Positions 50,041 through 59,872 of a stretch of DNA of 64,000 nt are shown here, piece by piece. The position numbers were made by a program, and so were the translations under genes. This DNA is from an uncultured Candidatus Berkelbacteria bacterium (GTDB lineage Bacteria > Patescibacteriota > UBA1384 > CAILIB01). The notes beneath the pieces are model-generated. The model saw only the letters and a program-made list of their open reading frames with translations. It had not been told where the DNA came from and did no database searches. How positions within the stretch are numbered: the stretch's first letter is position 1; the number at the start of each line of letters is the position of its first letter. Location: positions 5,477-69,476 of the forward strand of contig CAILIB010000003.1 in the NCBI GenBank assembly GCA_903834195.1. Direction: 5' to 3'.

Positions 50041-51181
50041 GCTGTGCTCCGCGTCGTCGTTTCTGTTGTGGGACTACAATCGCATCTTTATCGCCAGTAT
50101 AGCGGGAGATATTCAAGAGCACACCCATTGCAGCAAGTGAGATCATTAAGTTCGTTCCACCATAACTGATGAACGGCAGTGGAACACCTACGAGTGGAAC
50201 AATTCCAAGCATTGATGCCAAATTAATAAACGCTTGGAATCCGATCCAGGTAGTAATTCCAACTGCGAGTAAGCGCCCAAACGGATCCTGAGTTTGTGCG
50301 GCAATTCTGTAGCCTCGATAAATAATCAGCGAAAATACTGCCACAATTGCAATCCCAACCACCAATCCAAGCTCTTCAATAATAATTGCAAAAATTGAGT
50401 CAGTATGAGGCTCAGGTAAGAACAACCGCTTTTGAGAACTTGCACCGTATCCAACTCCAAACCAACCGCCCGATCCAATTGCAATCGAAATATTTTGAAT
50501 ATGATATTTCACCGCATCTGACCCCCCGGAAGGGTCAAGAAACGTTAAGATACGTGCCCGACGATACGGCACAGCAAGAATTCCACCCATTGCCACTACA
50601 GATGTTCCCAGTCCAACAACAAATTGCTGAAACGACATTCCAGCAACAACAAACACCGCGATTACAGAAGCCAACATAATACTTAATGTGCCAAAGTCAG
50701 GCTCCATAAGCATGAGGATTGAGATAACTGCCAACATCCCAAGAAATGGGAAAAAAGTAGCGCGAAAACTCTTTACCTGATCTTGCATTTTCGTGAACCA
50801 AGCACAGATATAGACCAAAAAACTAAACTTCGCTAATTCAGAAGGCTGGAAGGTTTGACCTAAAAATGTGATCCAGCGATGTGCGCCATTTACTGACCCC
50901 TTAGTAAAAAGAAAGACACTTAACAGTAAAAGAATCGTCGTGATCATTAATGCTGTAGCCCATTTCTTCCACGATCGATAGTCAATATTTGAAGTAGTTA
51001 TAAGAGCAATAATTCCAACTACTGCCCAAATAAGCTGACGTTTAAAAAAGTACTTTGGATCGTTAAAGTCAGTGTATCCCACAATCACTGAAGCAGAGTA
51101 AATCATTACAATACCAAAAAGTACTGTGGAAATAGTCGCTATTAACAGAATTAAATCTTGTCGATGTTTTCCAAGTGCCAT
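50027..51181 (-). CDS. ftsW: SEDS peptidoglycan polymerase FtsW
   Basis: FQPSELAK, EPDFGT, LPEPHTDSIF, PFISYGG; start at ATG 51181. Confidence 0.95.
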   Translation of the reverse strand: MALGKHRQDLILLIATISTVLFGIVMIYSASVIVGYTDFNDPKYFFKRQLIWAVVGIIALITTSNIDYRSWKKWATALMITTILLLLSVFLFTKGSVNGAHRWITFLGQTFQPSELAKFSFLVYICAWFTKMQDQVKSFRATFFPFLGMLAVISILMLMEPDFGTLSIMLASVIAVFVVAGMSFQQFVVGLGTSVVAMGGILAVPYRRARILTFLDPSGGSDAVKYHIQNISIAIGSGGWFGVGYGASSQKRLFLPEPHTDSIFAIIIEELGLVVGIAIVAVFSLIIYRGYRIAAQTQDPFGRLLAVGITTWIGFQAFINLASMLGIVPLVGVPLPFISYGGTNLMISLAAMGVLLNISRYTGDKDAIVVPQQKRRRGAQHAQK

Positions 51182-51182
51182 A

Positions 51183-52601
51183 CTACGCCCCGTACCGTTT
51201 ATGAATGGCTTCAGCAAAGGCTTCGCCACGAAGTTTATAGTTTGCAAATGGTGTATCACTTGCTGCAGCTGGCGCTAGCAATACTACATCTCCACCTTTC
51301 AAATGGGTATGAATGCCACTCAAAATTGTTTCCATAACCGGGTTTTGTGCTAGTGGTAGTAATACAAGCGAACTACTCGTTTTCTTTATTTCCTTCTCTA
51401 GAGCTTTTCGGAGAGCAGCTGTAACGGCACCAGGGAGAAAACTAACTGTAGTGCACCGTGCTGCAATATGTTTAGCAAGCTCTTCATGAGTTTGTCCTTT
51501 ATCTTTTCCACCAACAAGCAAGTGAATTCGACGACCTTCAAACGCCTCCATAGCTACGACACATGACTCATTTGTAGTTGCGATACTATCATCGTAAAAT
51601 GACACCCCACCCTTTTCAGCAACGAGTGATAGTCGATGCTCTAGTCCGGTAAATCCAGTTACAACTTTGCTCATTACTAGAGGTGAAACATGGAAATACG
51701 CACCGAGAATTGCTGCCGGTAAAATATTTTCGATATTATGTGCTCCTAATAATTTTCGCCCAGTAATTTCAAAGGATTCTATGCCACTACCAATTGCCAC
51801 AAACACGATTTCCTTACCTTCTAGGTTTTCAACCCAGGCAGATTGCTGCCGTGGCTGATGACGTGAGTATTGAAATAACTTCCCTTGCACATTTTGAAGG
51901 AACAGTGCCTGCGTAGCGTACTCGGCATTCACAATTGCAATATCATTTGGTCGCTGATTTGTGAGTATACGTGCTTTTGCGTGCCGATATTCTTCCAGAT
52001 TCTTGTGATGATCTAAGTGATCCTGAGTTACGTGTAGTACTACCGCAATGTGCGGACTTAACCGTACATCCTCAAGTTGAAAACTTGAGAGTTCGAGCAA
52101 GACAATATCATCCTCTTGCAGGTCATCGAGAAATGAAAATGGGTCGACACCAATATTACCCGCCAAAAACGTTCGACCAGCTTTATACCCGCGTGAGAGA
52201 ATTTCATACGCAAGTGTTGAAGTGGTTCCCTTACCTTTGGTTCCAGTAATACCAATTGTAATTGCAGGGCAAAGTTCAAGAAACAACTGAGTTTGTGAAG
52301 AAAGCTGCGCACCTTTTGAAACCGCCTGAACCAGTCTCGGTTCTGTACTTGAAATCACAGGAGCTCGAAATAGCACGTCAAAACCCGAGAGATCAGCAAG
52401 GATGTCCTGACGAATATCCCAAACAACCTGATCACCAAACTCAGCATATTGAGGAGCAAATGTATCACGCACTGCAGCATCACGATCCCTGATTGTCAGT
52501 GAGATACCATTGCGAAGCAAAAATGTAGTGAGCGCACGATTATTTACCCCGTACCCGAGAATCACTACCGACTTTTGACGCAATGATGTTACATCACTCA
52601 T
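51183..52601 (-). CDS. murD: UDP-MurNAc-L-Ala--D-Glu ligase
   Basis: GTKGKGTT, ELSSFQL, DHLDHH, LEHRL, NY..RG..F. Confidence 0.93.
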   Translation of the reverse strand: MSDVTSLRQKSVVILGYGVNNRALTTFLLRNGISLTIRDRDAAVRDTFAPQYAEFGDQVVWDIRQDILADLSGFDVLFRAPVISSTEPRLVQAVSKGAQLSSQTQLFLELCPAITIGITGTKGKGTTSTLAYEILSRGYKAGRTFLAGNIGVDPFSFLDDLQEDDIVLLELSSFQLEDVRLSPHIAVVLHVTQDHLDHHKNLEEYRHAKARILTNQRPNDIAIVNAEYATQALFLQNVQGKLFQYSRHQPRQQSAWVENLEGKEIVFVAIGSGIESFEITGRKLLGAHNIENILPAAILGAYFHVSPLVMSKVVTGFTGLEHRLSLVAEKGGVSFYDDSIATTNESCVVAMEAFEGRRIHLLVGGKDKGQTHEELAKHIAARCTTVSFLPGAVTAALRKALEKEIKKTSSSLVLLPLAQNPVMETILSGIHTHLKGGDVVLLAPAAASDTPFANYKLRGEAFAEAIHKRYGA

Positions 52602-52630
52602 GGAACTCCCCTAACTGATACTAATTTACC

Positions 52631-53650
52631 CTACTGAAGCAACGCAAGCATTAACCCGATAGAACATCCGACCGCTGCGATAACCCAAAACCGCATCGTA
52701 ACACGTGGCTCAGGCCACCCAAGTGCTTCAAAGTGGTGGTGAATCGGTGCCACCAAAAATACCTTTCTATGAAATACTCTCTTAGAAAAGATTTGAATCA
52801 TGGTTGCGATACCTTCGATGTACGGAATCAAGAGTAAAAATGGCAATACGGCAACCGAATTAGTCAAAAACGCGAGCACCGGCAATGTCATACCCAGAGC
52901 CATACTTCCTGTGTCTCCCATGAAGAATCGAGCAGGATGAATATTAAACCAGAGAAACGAGAGTAGTGCTCCAAACATACATGCACAGAAGATTGCGAGA
53001 TGAACCTTTCCCTGTGTTAACGCAATAAACATAAAGACACCAAAGGCGGGCATTGAAACACCGGCAGCTAAGCCATCTAAGCCATCGGTTTGATTCATAC
53101 TAAACGCAGTGAAAATAACCGTTGCAATGAAAAGTGGAATATAGAGCCAGCCAATCGTAAACGTGCCAAAGTGTGGAATGTGGAGCGTATTAAACCCAAG
53201 CTTGGAATAGAACCACCAAGCTCCAATTGCAGCAACGGCAACATACACCCATAATTTATATTTCAATCGTAATCCCCCGCCATTGGAGCCTTTTCCAAGT
53301 ACATTCAGGATGTCATCTACAGCTCCAATTACACCAGCCGAAACAAGTGCAAAGAGAGGCAACCAAGTTTCTGCGCGATCAAGGTTGAAGATGGCTGTAA
53401 GTACCGCGGTAGTTACCCAGAAAAGTACTCCACCCATCGTAGGAGTACCTTCTTTGTCTTTATGAAGTTTGGTAAAAATTGGCGCCGCATTTCCATCACT
53501 CCCATGCTGACGCAACCGTTTACCAATACGGTTCTTGAAGAGGAAGTTTGTTAATAATGGCGCAATTAAGAACGCAATCACAAAAGAGACGATCACGTAG
53601 ATTGCAACCTGTTTAATATCTTCTGTTTGAATACTTACTGCAACACTCAT
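52631..53650 (-). CDS. mraY: Phospho-MurNAc-pentapeptide transferase
   Basis: TPTMGG, NQTDGLDG, FMGDTGS, APIHHHFE. Confidence 0.96.
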   Translation of the reverse strand: MSVAVSIQTEDIKQVAIYVIVSFVIAFLIAPLLTNFLFKNRIGKRLRQHGSDGNAAPIFTKLHKDKEGTPTMGGVLFWVTTAVLTAIFNLDRAETWLPLFALVSAGVIGAVDDILNVLGKGSNGGGLRLKYKLWVYVAVAAIGAWWFYSKLGFNTLHIPHFGTFTIGWLYIPLFIATVIFTAFSMNQTDGLDGLAAGVSMPAFGVFMFIALTQGKVHLAIFCACMFGALLSFLWFNIHPARFFMGDTGSMALGMTLPVLAFLTNSVAVLPFLLLIPYIEGIATMIQIFSKRVFHRKVFLVAPIHHHFEALGWPEPRVTMRFWVIAAVGCSIGLMLALLQ

Positions 53651-53658
53651 AAAATTGA

Positions 53659-54942
53659 TTACTCTTGCCACTCATTACCCTGTCGGACCAGGAGTTTTTC
53701 AGCTTGTTCTGGATGTTCCATTAATTCTTTCACAATTCGCTCTAAGCGCATGCCATTCTGAGATGCTTTCAGGTATACGACGTCATTTTTCTGGACAACC
53801 TGTTTCAACTGACTTACTACATTCTCTGGCGCTGGAAATCCAATCATTTTTGTAGCCGGCATTCCTGCTTCTTTTGCTGCAGCAAGCATGGTTTGAGAAA
53901 ATTGACCAACTGCAACAAGTGAATCTACGGTTCGTGCAGCAGCAGCGCCAATCTCCGCATGTGCTGCTTCAGCATATGAACCCAACTCATTCATTGTACC
54001 AAGAATTGCCACTGTTCGTCGGCCATTTGCAAACGGCTTCAACATCTTTACACCAGCAATTACAGCTTCAGGTGAGGAATTCGCAGTATCATCAATTATA
54101 GTTACTTCTCGAGCTCCTTTAATGATCCGTCCCCGACCAGCAGGTATTGAATACGCTTTTAGTCCAGCTAGTACATTCTTTTCAGTCAGACCTTCTCGAG
54201 CTCCAACCGCAACCGCAGCAATAAGTGGGTAGAGTTGTTGATCACCAATAATTGCAACATGAGCTTCGATAGCTTTGCTCGAAATTTTGTCCTCCAAACA
54301 AGTAAACGAGCACTTCAAACCTGTTCCATCTCTACTTTCTACTTTTCCTCGTACTGCCAACTTCTTTTGACTCTTTACCCCAAAATACAAGATTGATTGT
54401 GTAGGCTTTAGATGTTGTAGCGGCACATCATCTGCATTAACTACTACATACCCGTCTTTATCAACATACTTTAAGAGAGAACTGATCTCAGCAATAACTG
54501 CTTCTTCAGTTTTGTAGAGTTCCATATGCGCCATTCCTCCAGTCGTAAATACTGCTGCCTTTATAGGAAAATGCTTAGCCAAAAAATCTAAGTCACCTAC
54601 TGTATCAGAAGAAAACTCTAGTACGTAGTAGGGTTGAGTTGTGAACTTTGGAAATTGTGGAAACAGTGCTTTGAATAACACTGTAATCCAGCGACCCTTA
54701 GTTTTCGCACGATCTGCAAAACCTAACAATGAAAGTGGAATACCAGTATCCGTTGCCATGTTTCCCGCAGTTTTTACAACTGGCTTCCCAGTTTGTTCCA
54801 ACATAGCCGCAATCGCTTCCTTGGTAGAAGTTTTACCGACACTTCCAGTTACCACAATCACATATGGATTATCTTGCTTCACCCTAATTCGAACCGCGCG
54901 CCAGAGAATAGCCAGAACAAAACGGCGGAGTACAGCTTTCAT
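53659..54942 (-). CDS. murF: UDP-MurNAc-tripeptide--D-Ala-D-Ala ligase
   Basis: TGSVGKTSTKE, DDTANSSP, LGTMNELG, KASQ. Confidence 0.85.
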   Translation of the reverse strand: MKAVLRRFVLAILWRAVRIRVKQDNPYVIVVTGSVGKTSTKEAIAAMLEQTGKPVVKTAGNMATDTGIPLSLLGFADRAKTKGRWITVLFKALFPQFPKFTTQPYYVLEFSSDTVGDLDFLAKHFPIKAAVFTTGGMAHMELYKTEEAVIAEISSLLKYVDKDGYVVVNADDVPLQHLKPTQSILYFGVKSQKKLAVRGKVESRDGTGLKCSFTCLEDKISSKAIEAHVAIIGDQQLYPLIAAVAVGAREGLTEKNVLAGLKAYSIPAGRGRIIKGAREVTIIDDTANSSPEAVIAGVKMLKPFANGRRTVAILGTMNELGSYAEAAHAEIGAAAARTVDSLVAVGQFSQTMLAAAKEAGMPATKMIGFPAPENVVSQLKQVVQKNDVVYLKASQNGMRLERIVKELMEHPEQAEKLLVRQGNEWQE

Positions 54943-54947
54943 ATTTT

Positions 54948-56756
54948 CTATTGATTAGTTGGCGGTATTTGGTAGTAGTGTAACAGGTATTGAGCTATAC
55001 GACCAAATAATGGCACTGCAGTACTTTCAGCATACATACCAACTTTTGCAAGATTTGGCTGATCAATTTTCACCAACATGATAAACTTCGGATCATCAGT
55101 TGGACCCATTCCAATAAACGAATGATTATAGGCATCAGGCAAGTAACCACCATTAACTGAGTCAGGCACCTGAGCAGTTCCTGTTTTTCCACCAACTTTA
55201 TATCCTGGTACTCCTGCCCGAGTGTGGTTTGTTGCTACAACTTGAACAAGCATGTCTCGCACTTGTGCAGCAGTCTCAGGTTTAATAATTTGTTGACTAT
55301 GCGTCGGCTGAACCAGTTGCCACGGACTTGAGTCATCCTGCTGCACTGCATGTACCATATGTGGCATAACTTCTTTTCCATCATTCGCAATTGCACTATA
55401 AGCAGTCAAAATCTGAATTGGCGTGACACTAATTCCTTGTCCAAAAGTTGTAGTTGCCCGCTGCACATCTCCCCACTGACTAAGAGGAACCACTCTACCA
55501 CTTGCCTCACCAGTTAAATCAATTCCAGTTTGAGACCCAAAACCGTACATTTTCAGATAATCTGACAACGTTTGGTTTCCGAGTTTATTACCTACCCAAA
55601 CCATTGCCACGTTATCTGAATTTACCAACACCTTCGTCATTGTTTCAGTACCATACGAACGACGTAACGCAGTTTCAATCTTATACCCATTCACAGTTAC
55701 AGACTCATCAAACGTATTTGAGGTATCAGGAGTAACAAGTCCCTGATCGATTGCTGCAGCCATTACAACTGGTTTGAAAATACTTCCAGGCTCCCAGTTA
55801 GAACTTACAGCCGGATTCGTAAATAAGTTAATACTTTGTTTACCAACATTACGAAAATCGTTTGGATCATAGCTCGGATAATTTGCCAGTGCACGAATCT
55901 CACCTGTTTTCGGATCCATAATTATGACTGACCCTCCAACAGCTTCATCTTTTTGAACTTCAGCCGCTAATTCCTGCTCAGCGTCATACTGAATATTGCG
56001 ATCTATAGAAAGTTGATAATTAGAACCATCTTTTTCTTGAACTACTTCTTGTTGAGCTAGTACACTTCCCTGACTATCGCGCTCTAGCTGCACCTGACCA
56101 GCATACCCCTTCAGCTCAGTATCATATTGTCCTTCAATGCCATACTGACCCTGATCCTTATCATTTACAAAACCAAGAGTTTGCCCCAAGAAATTACCTT
56201 CTGGATATACCCGTTTATAACTTCGTGTAAAGAAAATTCCGTTCGTAAAGTAAATTGTATTACCTTGGGTCGGATCAAAGCTTGGCACTACTGGAGAAGA
56301 CTTCGAAAGTTGTTTTCGTAGTGCATTTACTTGCGTAATAATATTCTGCACTTGATCCTTACTCAGGTTAGTAGCCAGAGGATCAGCATATGCAACTATG
56401 TTTCCCTGTGCATTCTTCTTCTGCAATGTTGCGAGAATCGAAGCTTCATCTGTATTTGTTAAACTCGCCAATAGATGTGCAAATTCTGGTTTATTTAAGA
56501 CATCGCGAGGTGTAACAGAGAGAGAAAAAATTTCCAAACTTTCAGCTGCAGCAATGGTAGTTCCTGCAGCAGCATCCTGAACATAAATAGTACCCCGCTT
56601 CGGCTGAATAGCCCGCAGAGTATCTTGCTGCTTCTTTGCAAGTGCCACAAAATTACTGTGCTGTAAAACAGTAATTTGAAACGTCCTCCCTACCAATATG
56701 ACGGCAAGGATGAAGAGTGCGCCGATAAGCAATCCGATGCGCGCTCGTGTAGACAT
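54948..56756 (-). CDS. ftsI: Class B penicillin-binding protein (FtsI-like)
   Basis: RGTIY, RVYPEG, PGSIFK, SDN, KTGT. Confidence 0.92.
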   Translation of the reverse strand: MSTRARIGLLIGALFILAVILVGRTFQITVLQHSNFVALAKKQQDTLRAIQPKRGTIYVQDAAAGTTIAAAESLEIFSLSVTPRDVLNKPEFAHLLASLTNTDEASILATLQKKNAQGNIVAYADPLATNLSKDQVQNIITQVNALRKQLSKSSPVVPSFDPTQGNTIYFTNGIFFTRSYKRVYPEGNFLGQTLGFVNDKDQGQYGIEGQYDTELKGYAGQVQLERDSQGSVLAQQEVVQEKDGSNYQLSIDRNIQYDAEQELAAEVQKDEAVGGSVIIMDPKTGEIRALANYPSYDPNDFRNVGKQSINLFTNPAVSSNWEPGSIFKPVVMAAAIDQGLVTPDTSNTFDESVTVNGYKIETALRRSYGTETMTKVLVNSDNVAMVWVGNKLGNQTLSDYLKMYGFGSQTGIDLTGEASGRVVPLSQWGDVQRATTTFGQGISVTPIQILTAYSAIANDGKEVMPHMVHAVQQDDSSPWQLVQPTHSQQIIKPETAAQVRDMLVQVVATNHTRAGVPGYKVGGKTGTAQVPDSVNGGYLPDAYNHSFIGMGPTDDPKFIMLVKIDQPNLAKVGMYAESTAVPLFGRIAQYLLHYYQIPPTNQ

Positions 56757-56759
56757 AGG

Positions 56760-57146
56760 TTATGGACGCGCGGTGGAAACTCCCGCGACATCGCCCTTAT
56801 CTACGTAGGTTGGTTCACTAGATGACATTGGTACCATTTGTGCTTTGGCAGGATCTTGCGAAATCGCATTAATTGCCTGATACCGTTCAGCTTGAAGCTG
56901 AAGATTGGTATTTTCTTGATCAACTTGACTAATATTATTACGCAAGGCGCTATCTGTATACGGACTTGTAGCACTCTTTGTGTTACTCAACATAACGAGC
57001 GCTAGAATAGCTAATACAGCTAGTCCAAAAAATTTAGCAGTGGTTGGACCAAACGTTACGCGTTTTTGCGTAGTACGCATTGGCGCGCGAGCAACCGTGC
57101 GCTTTGAAATAGTGTACCCAGTATTGCGGGAATATCGTGCCCCCAT
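56760..57146 (-). CDS. FtsL-like bitopic coiled-coil protein
   Basis: One TM plus a short coiled coil immediately upstream of ftsI. Confidence 0.6.
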   Translation of the reverse strand: MGARYSRNTGYTISKRTVARAPMRTTQKRVTFGPTTAKFFGLAVLAILALVMLSNTKSATSPYTDSALRNNISQVDQENTNLQLQAERYQAINAISQDPAKAQMVPMSSSEPTYVDKGDVAGVSTARP

Positions 57147-57165
57147 GTAATGCTCCTTTAGGCGG

Positions 57166-57597
57166 CTAGATGCCGATTTCTTTCAGTGTTTGCGCAAATT
57201 CTTCGGTAGTTTGATCGATTTGACCTTGATAGGTTTCCCAGGTCTTTTCGTCCCAAACTTCCACGTGATCGAACAGTCCAGCGAGAATTGCTTGCTTTCC
57301 AAGGTTGGCGTACTGACGTAGGTAAGCTGGTAGTACAACACGACCCAGTTTATCTAACTCAACATCCACGGCCCCAGCTAAGGTTTGACGCACGTAGGCG
57401 CGTGTAGACGCCTGACTTTGCGGTAACTTAGCAAGCTTTTCTGCAATCTCCTGCCAGGCAGACAGCGGGTAGAATTTGAGTGAGCCGTCGAACCCCTTGG
57501 TTATAACGGCTCCCTCAGCCAATTTCGATCGCCATTTAACAGGCAACTGCAGTCGTCCTTTCTCGTCGATACTGTGTCGGTGCTCGCCGATGAACAT
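57166..57597 (-). CDS. mraZ: Transcriptional regulator MraZ
   Basis: MFIGEH..IDEKGR, LDKLGR, EVWD..W; start at ATG 57597. Confidence 0.96.
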   Translation of the reverse strand: MFIGEHRHSIDEKGRLQLPVKWRSKLAEGAVITKGFDGSLKFYPLSAWQEIAEKLAKLPQSQASTRAYVRQTLAGAVDVELDKLGRVVLPAYLRQYANLGKQAILAGLFDHVEVWDEKTWETYQGQIDQTTEEFAQTLKEIGI

Positions 57598-57623
57598 ATG
57601 CAATTGATTATTATTTGAGCGAT

Positions 57624-57684
57624 CCACTTTGCCCCACTTCAGACCACTTGTTGTTATTATGGAGCTGCTTTCCAGGTGTGTCAA
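57624..57684 (-). promoter_or_regulatory. dcw promoter with three MraZ-binding repeats
   Basis: TTGACA (57684-57679), 17 nt, CATAAT (57661-57656), then AAGTGG x3 at 10-nt period. Confidence 0.88.
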
Positions 57685-57723
57685 CGCTAGAACATACACC
57701 GAACACCCACCAATGAAGAAATT

Positions 57724-57747
57724 AAAAGAGGGCCGCCGGAGCGACCC
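57724..57747 (-). terminator. Intrinsic terminator of the orphan gene upstream of mraZ
   Basis: GGGTCGC-tccg-GCGGCCC-TCTTTT on minus. Confidence 0.75.
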
Positions 57748-57765
57748 ACTTCCGATTAGATCGAA

Positions 57766-58236
57766 TTATCGACCTGTACTGATTTTTTTCACCTCCCTAT
57801 ATACATGTGAACCTTCGGACATGACCATGCGGTACCTGCTCCGAAGTATCGCACTCGGCATTCTCTGACGCTTCTTACAGGTTTTCAGATGGTCCCGTGA
57901 TCGTGTTAATCTCTCACGATATTTCATCGCCTCTACAGGTATGAGCTCTCTAACAACTCTATCCGCAGCCTTGATGCGCATTTCCGCAACTGTTCTGAAT
58001 AACCCAGTTGCCATCAGGTCCATTGCTATCCTTAGTTCTCTGTATGGCAAACCCTCATGGCTTCGAATCTGTTTTAGCAATTTCTTCAGCTTTGAATACT
58101 GGAAAATATCCTCCTCGGATGCCTGTTCAAAGAAACAGTTACCCATTCGATCGATCATGTTTTCCAAGTGACCAGCATCTCGTTGTAATGCTTTGTAATC
58201 ACAACAACCTGCACCAGTCTTACTTTGTCTAGACAA
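57766..58236 (-). CDS. Hypothetical basic helical protein
   Basis: 156-aa ORF, GGGGGTGA SD-like element before TTG, own terminator. Confidence 0.55.
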   Translation of the reverse strand: MSRQSKTGAGCCDYKALQRDAGHLENMIDRMGNCFFEQASEEDIFQYSKLKKLLKQIRSHEGLPYRELRIAMDLMATGLFRTVAEMRIKAADRVVRELIPVEAMKYRERLTRSRDHLKTCKKRQRMPSAILRSRYRMVMSEGSHVYREVKKISTGR

Positions 58237-58297
58237 TTAAATCACCCCCAGATGTGACATGGAGTAAAATACCAGAAAATCAGAGTAAGTACAGTCC

Positions 58298-59779
58298 CTA
58301 GAGAACCGTCGAAAGTTCTTCTATCGCAACACGGACCTGTTCCATCGTATCGCGGTCACGAATAGTTACAGTTCCATCTTCAAGGGTTTGGTAATCAATA
58401 GTAATACAACTTGGAGTTCCAATCTCATCCTGACGGCGGTAACGCTTTCCAATTGCTCCAGATTCCTCATACACCGTCATGTAATCAGGTTTCAGCAACG
58501 CAGCAACTTCACGGGCTTTTTCAGCCAGACCATCCTTTTTCATAAGTGGCAGCACAGCCACACGAATAGGTGCAAGATGTTTAGGCAAGTGGAGCACTGT
58601 CTCAAGCTCTCCAGATTGACCATCACGGCCTTCAGGGTACTCTCGGTAGCAATCTATAAGAGTTGTAAGGAGAGCACGTCCTAGCCCCAGTGACGGCTCA
58701 ATCACGTATGGGATGTATTTATCGCGGGTTTCTTCATCAAAATAGGTAAGATCACGACCAGAAGCTACTTGATGCTGAGTTAAGTCATAATCTGTTCGAC
58801 TTGCACAACCCCAGAGCTCGCCCCAGCCACCAAACGGAAAGTCGTATTCAAAATCAACTGTACGCTTGGAATAGTGAGCAATTTCATCTGCCTGGCCTTC
58901 ATAGCGACGCAGCCGTTTTTTCTCAATTCCCAAATCTTCTGTAAGAAATTGCTCCATTGAATCCAGCCAGCTATCAAAGGCCACTTCTTCTTCCCCTGGT
59001 TTCACAAAGTACTCGATTTCCATCTGTTCAAACTCGCGTACTCGGAAAAGCGAATTACCTGTAGTGATTTCGTTGCGAAATGCCTTACCAATTTGAGCAA
59101 TACCAAACGGCAATTTGCGGGGATATGTTTGCAGAACGTTTTTAAAGTTAACAAAGATACCCTGGGCGGTTTCTGGTCGTAAATAGGTTACAGCACCAGC
59201 ATCTTCTACCGGACCAAGCATAGTCTTGAACATCATATTGAACATACGCGGCTCACCAAAGGCTTTTTCAGCACAGTTTGGACAAACCAAATACTTCACC
59301 TGCTCGGTTTCTGGCAAAGGGTTTTCAGTAACATTTAGTTCTTTCCAGGCTTTTTCTGCCTCTTCTGCCGCCCGCTTTTCACCGATCTTGCGATACCCAA
59401 TTGCTGCATCACGCCACCGAATCACAAACACTTCCTGATTTGATTCACCAAGAAAGTGGTCTGAACGAAGCCGAATATGACAATTTGAACATTCAATAAG
59501 TGGGTCAGCAAAAGTATCAACGTGTCCAGAAGCCTTCAAAACAGCCGCTGGAGTTAGTATAGAAGAGTCGAGGCTCAACATATCATCACGGAGCTGAACA
59601 AAACGCCACTGCCAACGTGCTTTAATATTGTTGTTGAGCAGCGTTCCGAGTGGCCCTAAATCATATAATCCACCAGCACCACCATAAATTTCACTGGTCG
59701 GAAATAAAAAGCCACGTCGTTTCAAAAGATTGACGATAGGCTCGAGCGTTTTTGGTGGTTCGGATGGTTTTTGGTTCAT
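58298..59779 (-). CDS. glyQS: Glycine--tRNA ligase, alpha2 type
   Basis: YLRPETAQG, FRNEIT, REFEQMEIE, IGKRYRRQDEIGTP. Confidence 0.97.
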   Translation of the reverse strand: MNQKPSEPPKTLEPIVNLLKRRGFLFPTSEIYGGAGGLYDLGPLGTLLNNNIKARWQWRFVQLRDDMLSLDSSILTPAAVLKASGHVDTFADPLIECSNCHIRLRSDHFLGESNQEVFVIRWRDAAIGYRKIGEKRAAEEAEKAWKELNVTENPLPETEQVKYLVCPNCAEKAFGEPRMFNMMFKTMLGPVEDAGAVTYLRPETAQGIFVNFKNVLQTYPRKLPFGIAQIGKAFRNEITTGNSLFRVREFEQMEIEYFVKPGEEEVAFDSWLDSMEQFLTEDLGIEKKRLRRYEGQADEIAHYSKRTVDFEYDFPFGGWGELWGCASRTDYDLTQHQVASGRDLTYFDEETRDKYIPYVIEPSLGLGRALLTTLIDCYREYPEGRDGQSGELETVLHLPKHLAPIRVAVLPLMKKDGLAEKAREVAALLKPDYMTVYEESGAIGKRYRRQDEIGTPSCITIDYQTLEDGTVTIRDRDTMEQVRVAIEELSTVL

Positions 59780-59826
59780 ATGGCTACAGTAGCAAATATG
59801 CGGTTGTGCGGAAAGTGTCCAGGTAT

Positions 59827-59863
59827 AAAAATAGAGCGGGCCGCATAATCGCGACTCCGCCCC
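59827..59863 (-). terminator. Intrinsic terminator
   Basis: GGGGCGGAGTCGC-gattat-GCGGCCCGCTCT-ATTTTT on minus. Confidence 0.75.
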
Positions 59864-59872
59864 GTGACCGGC

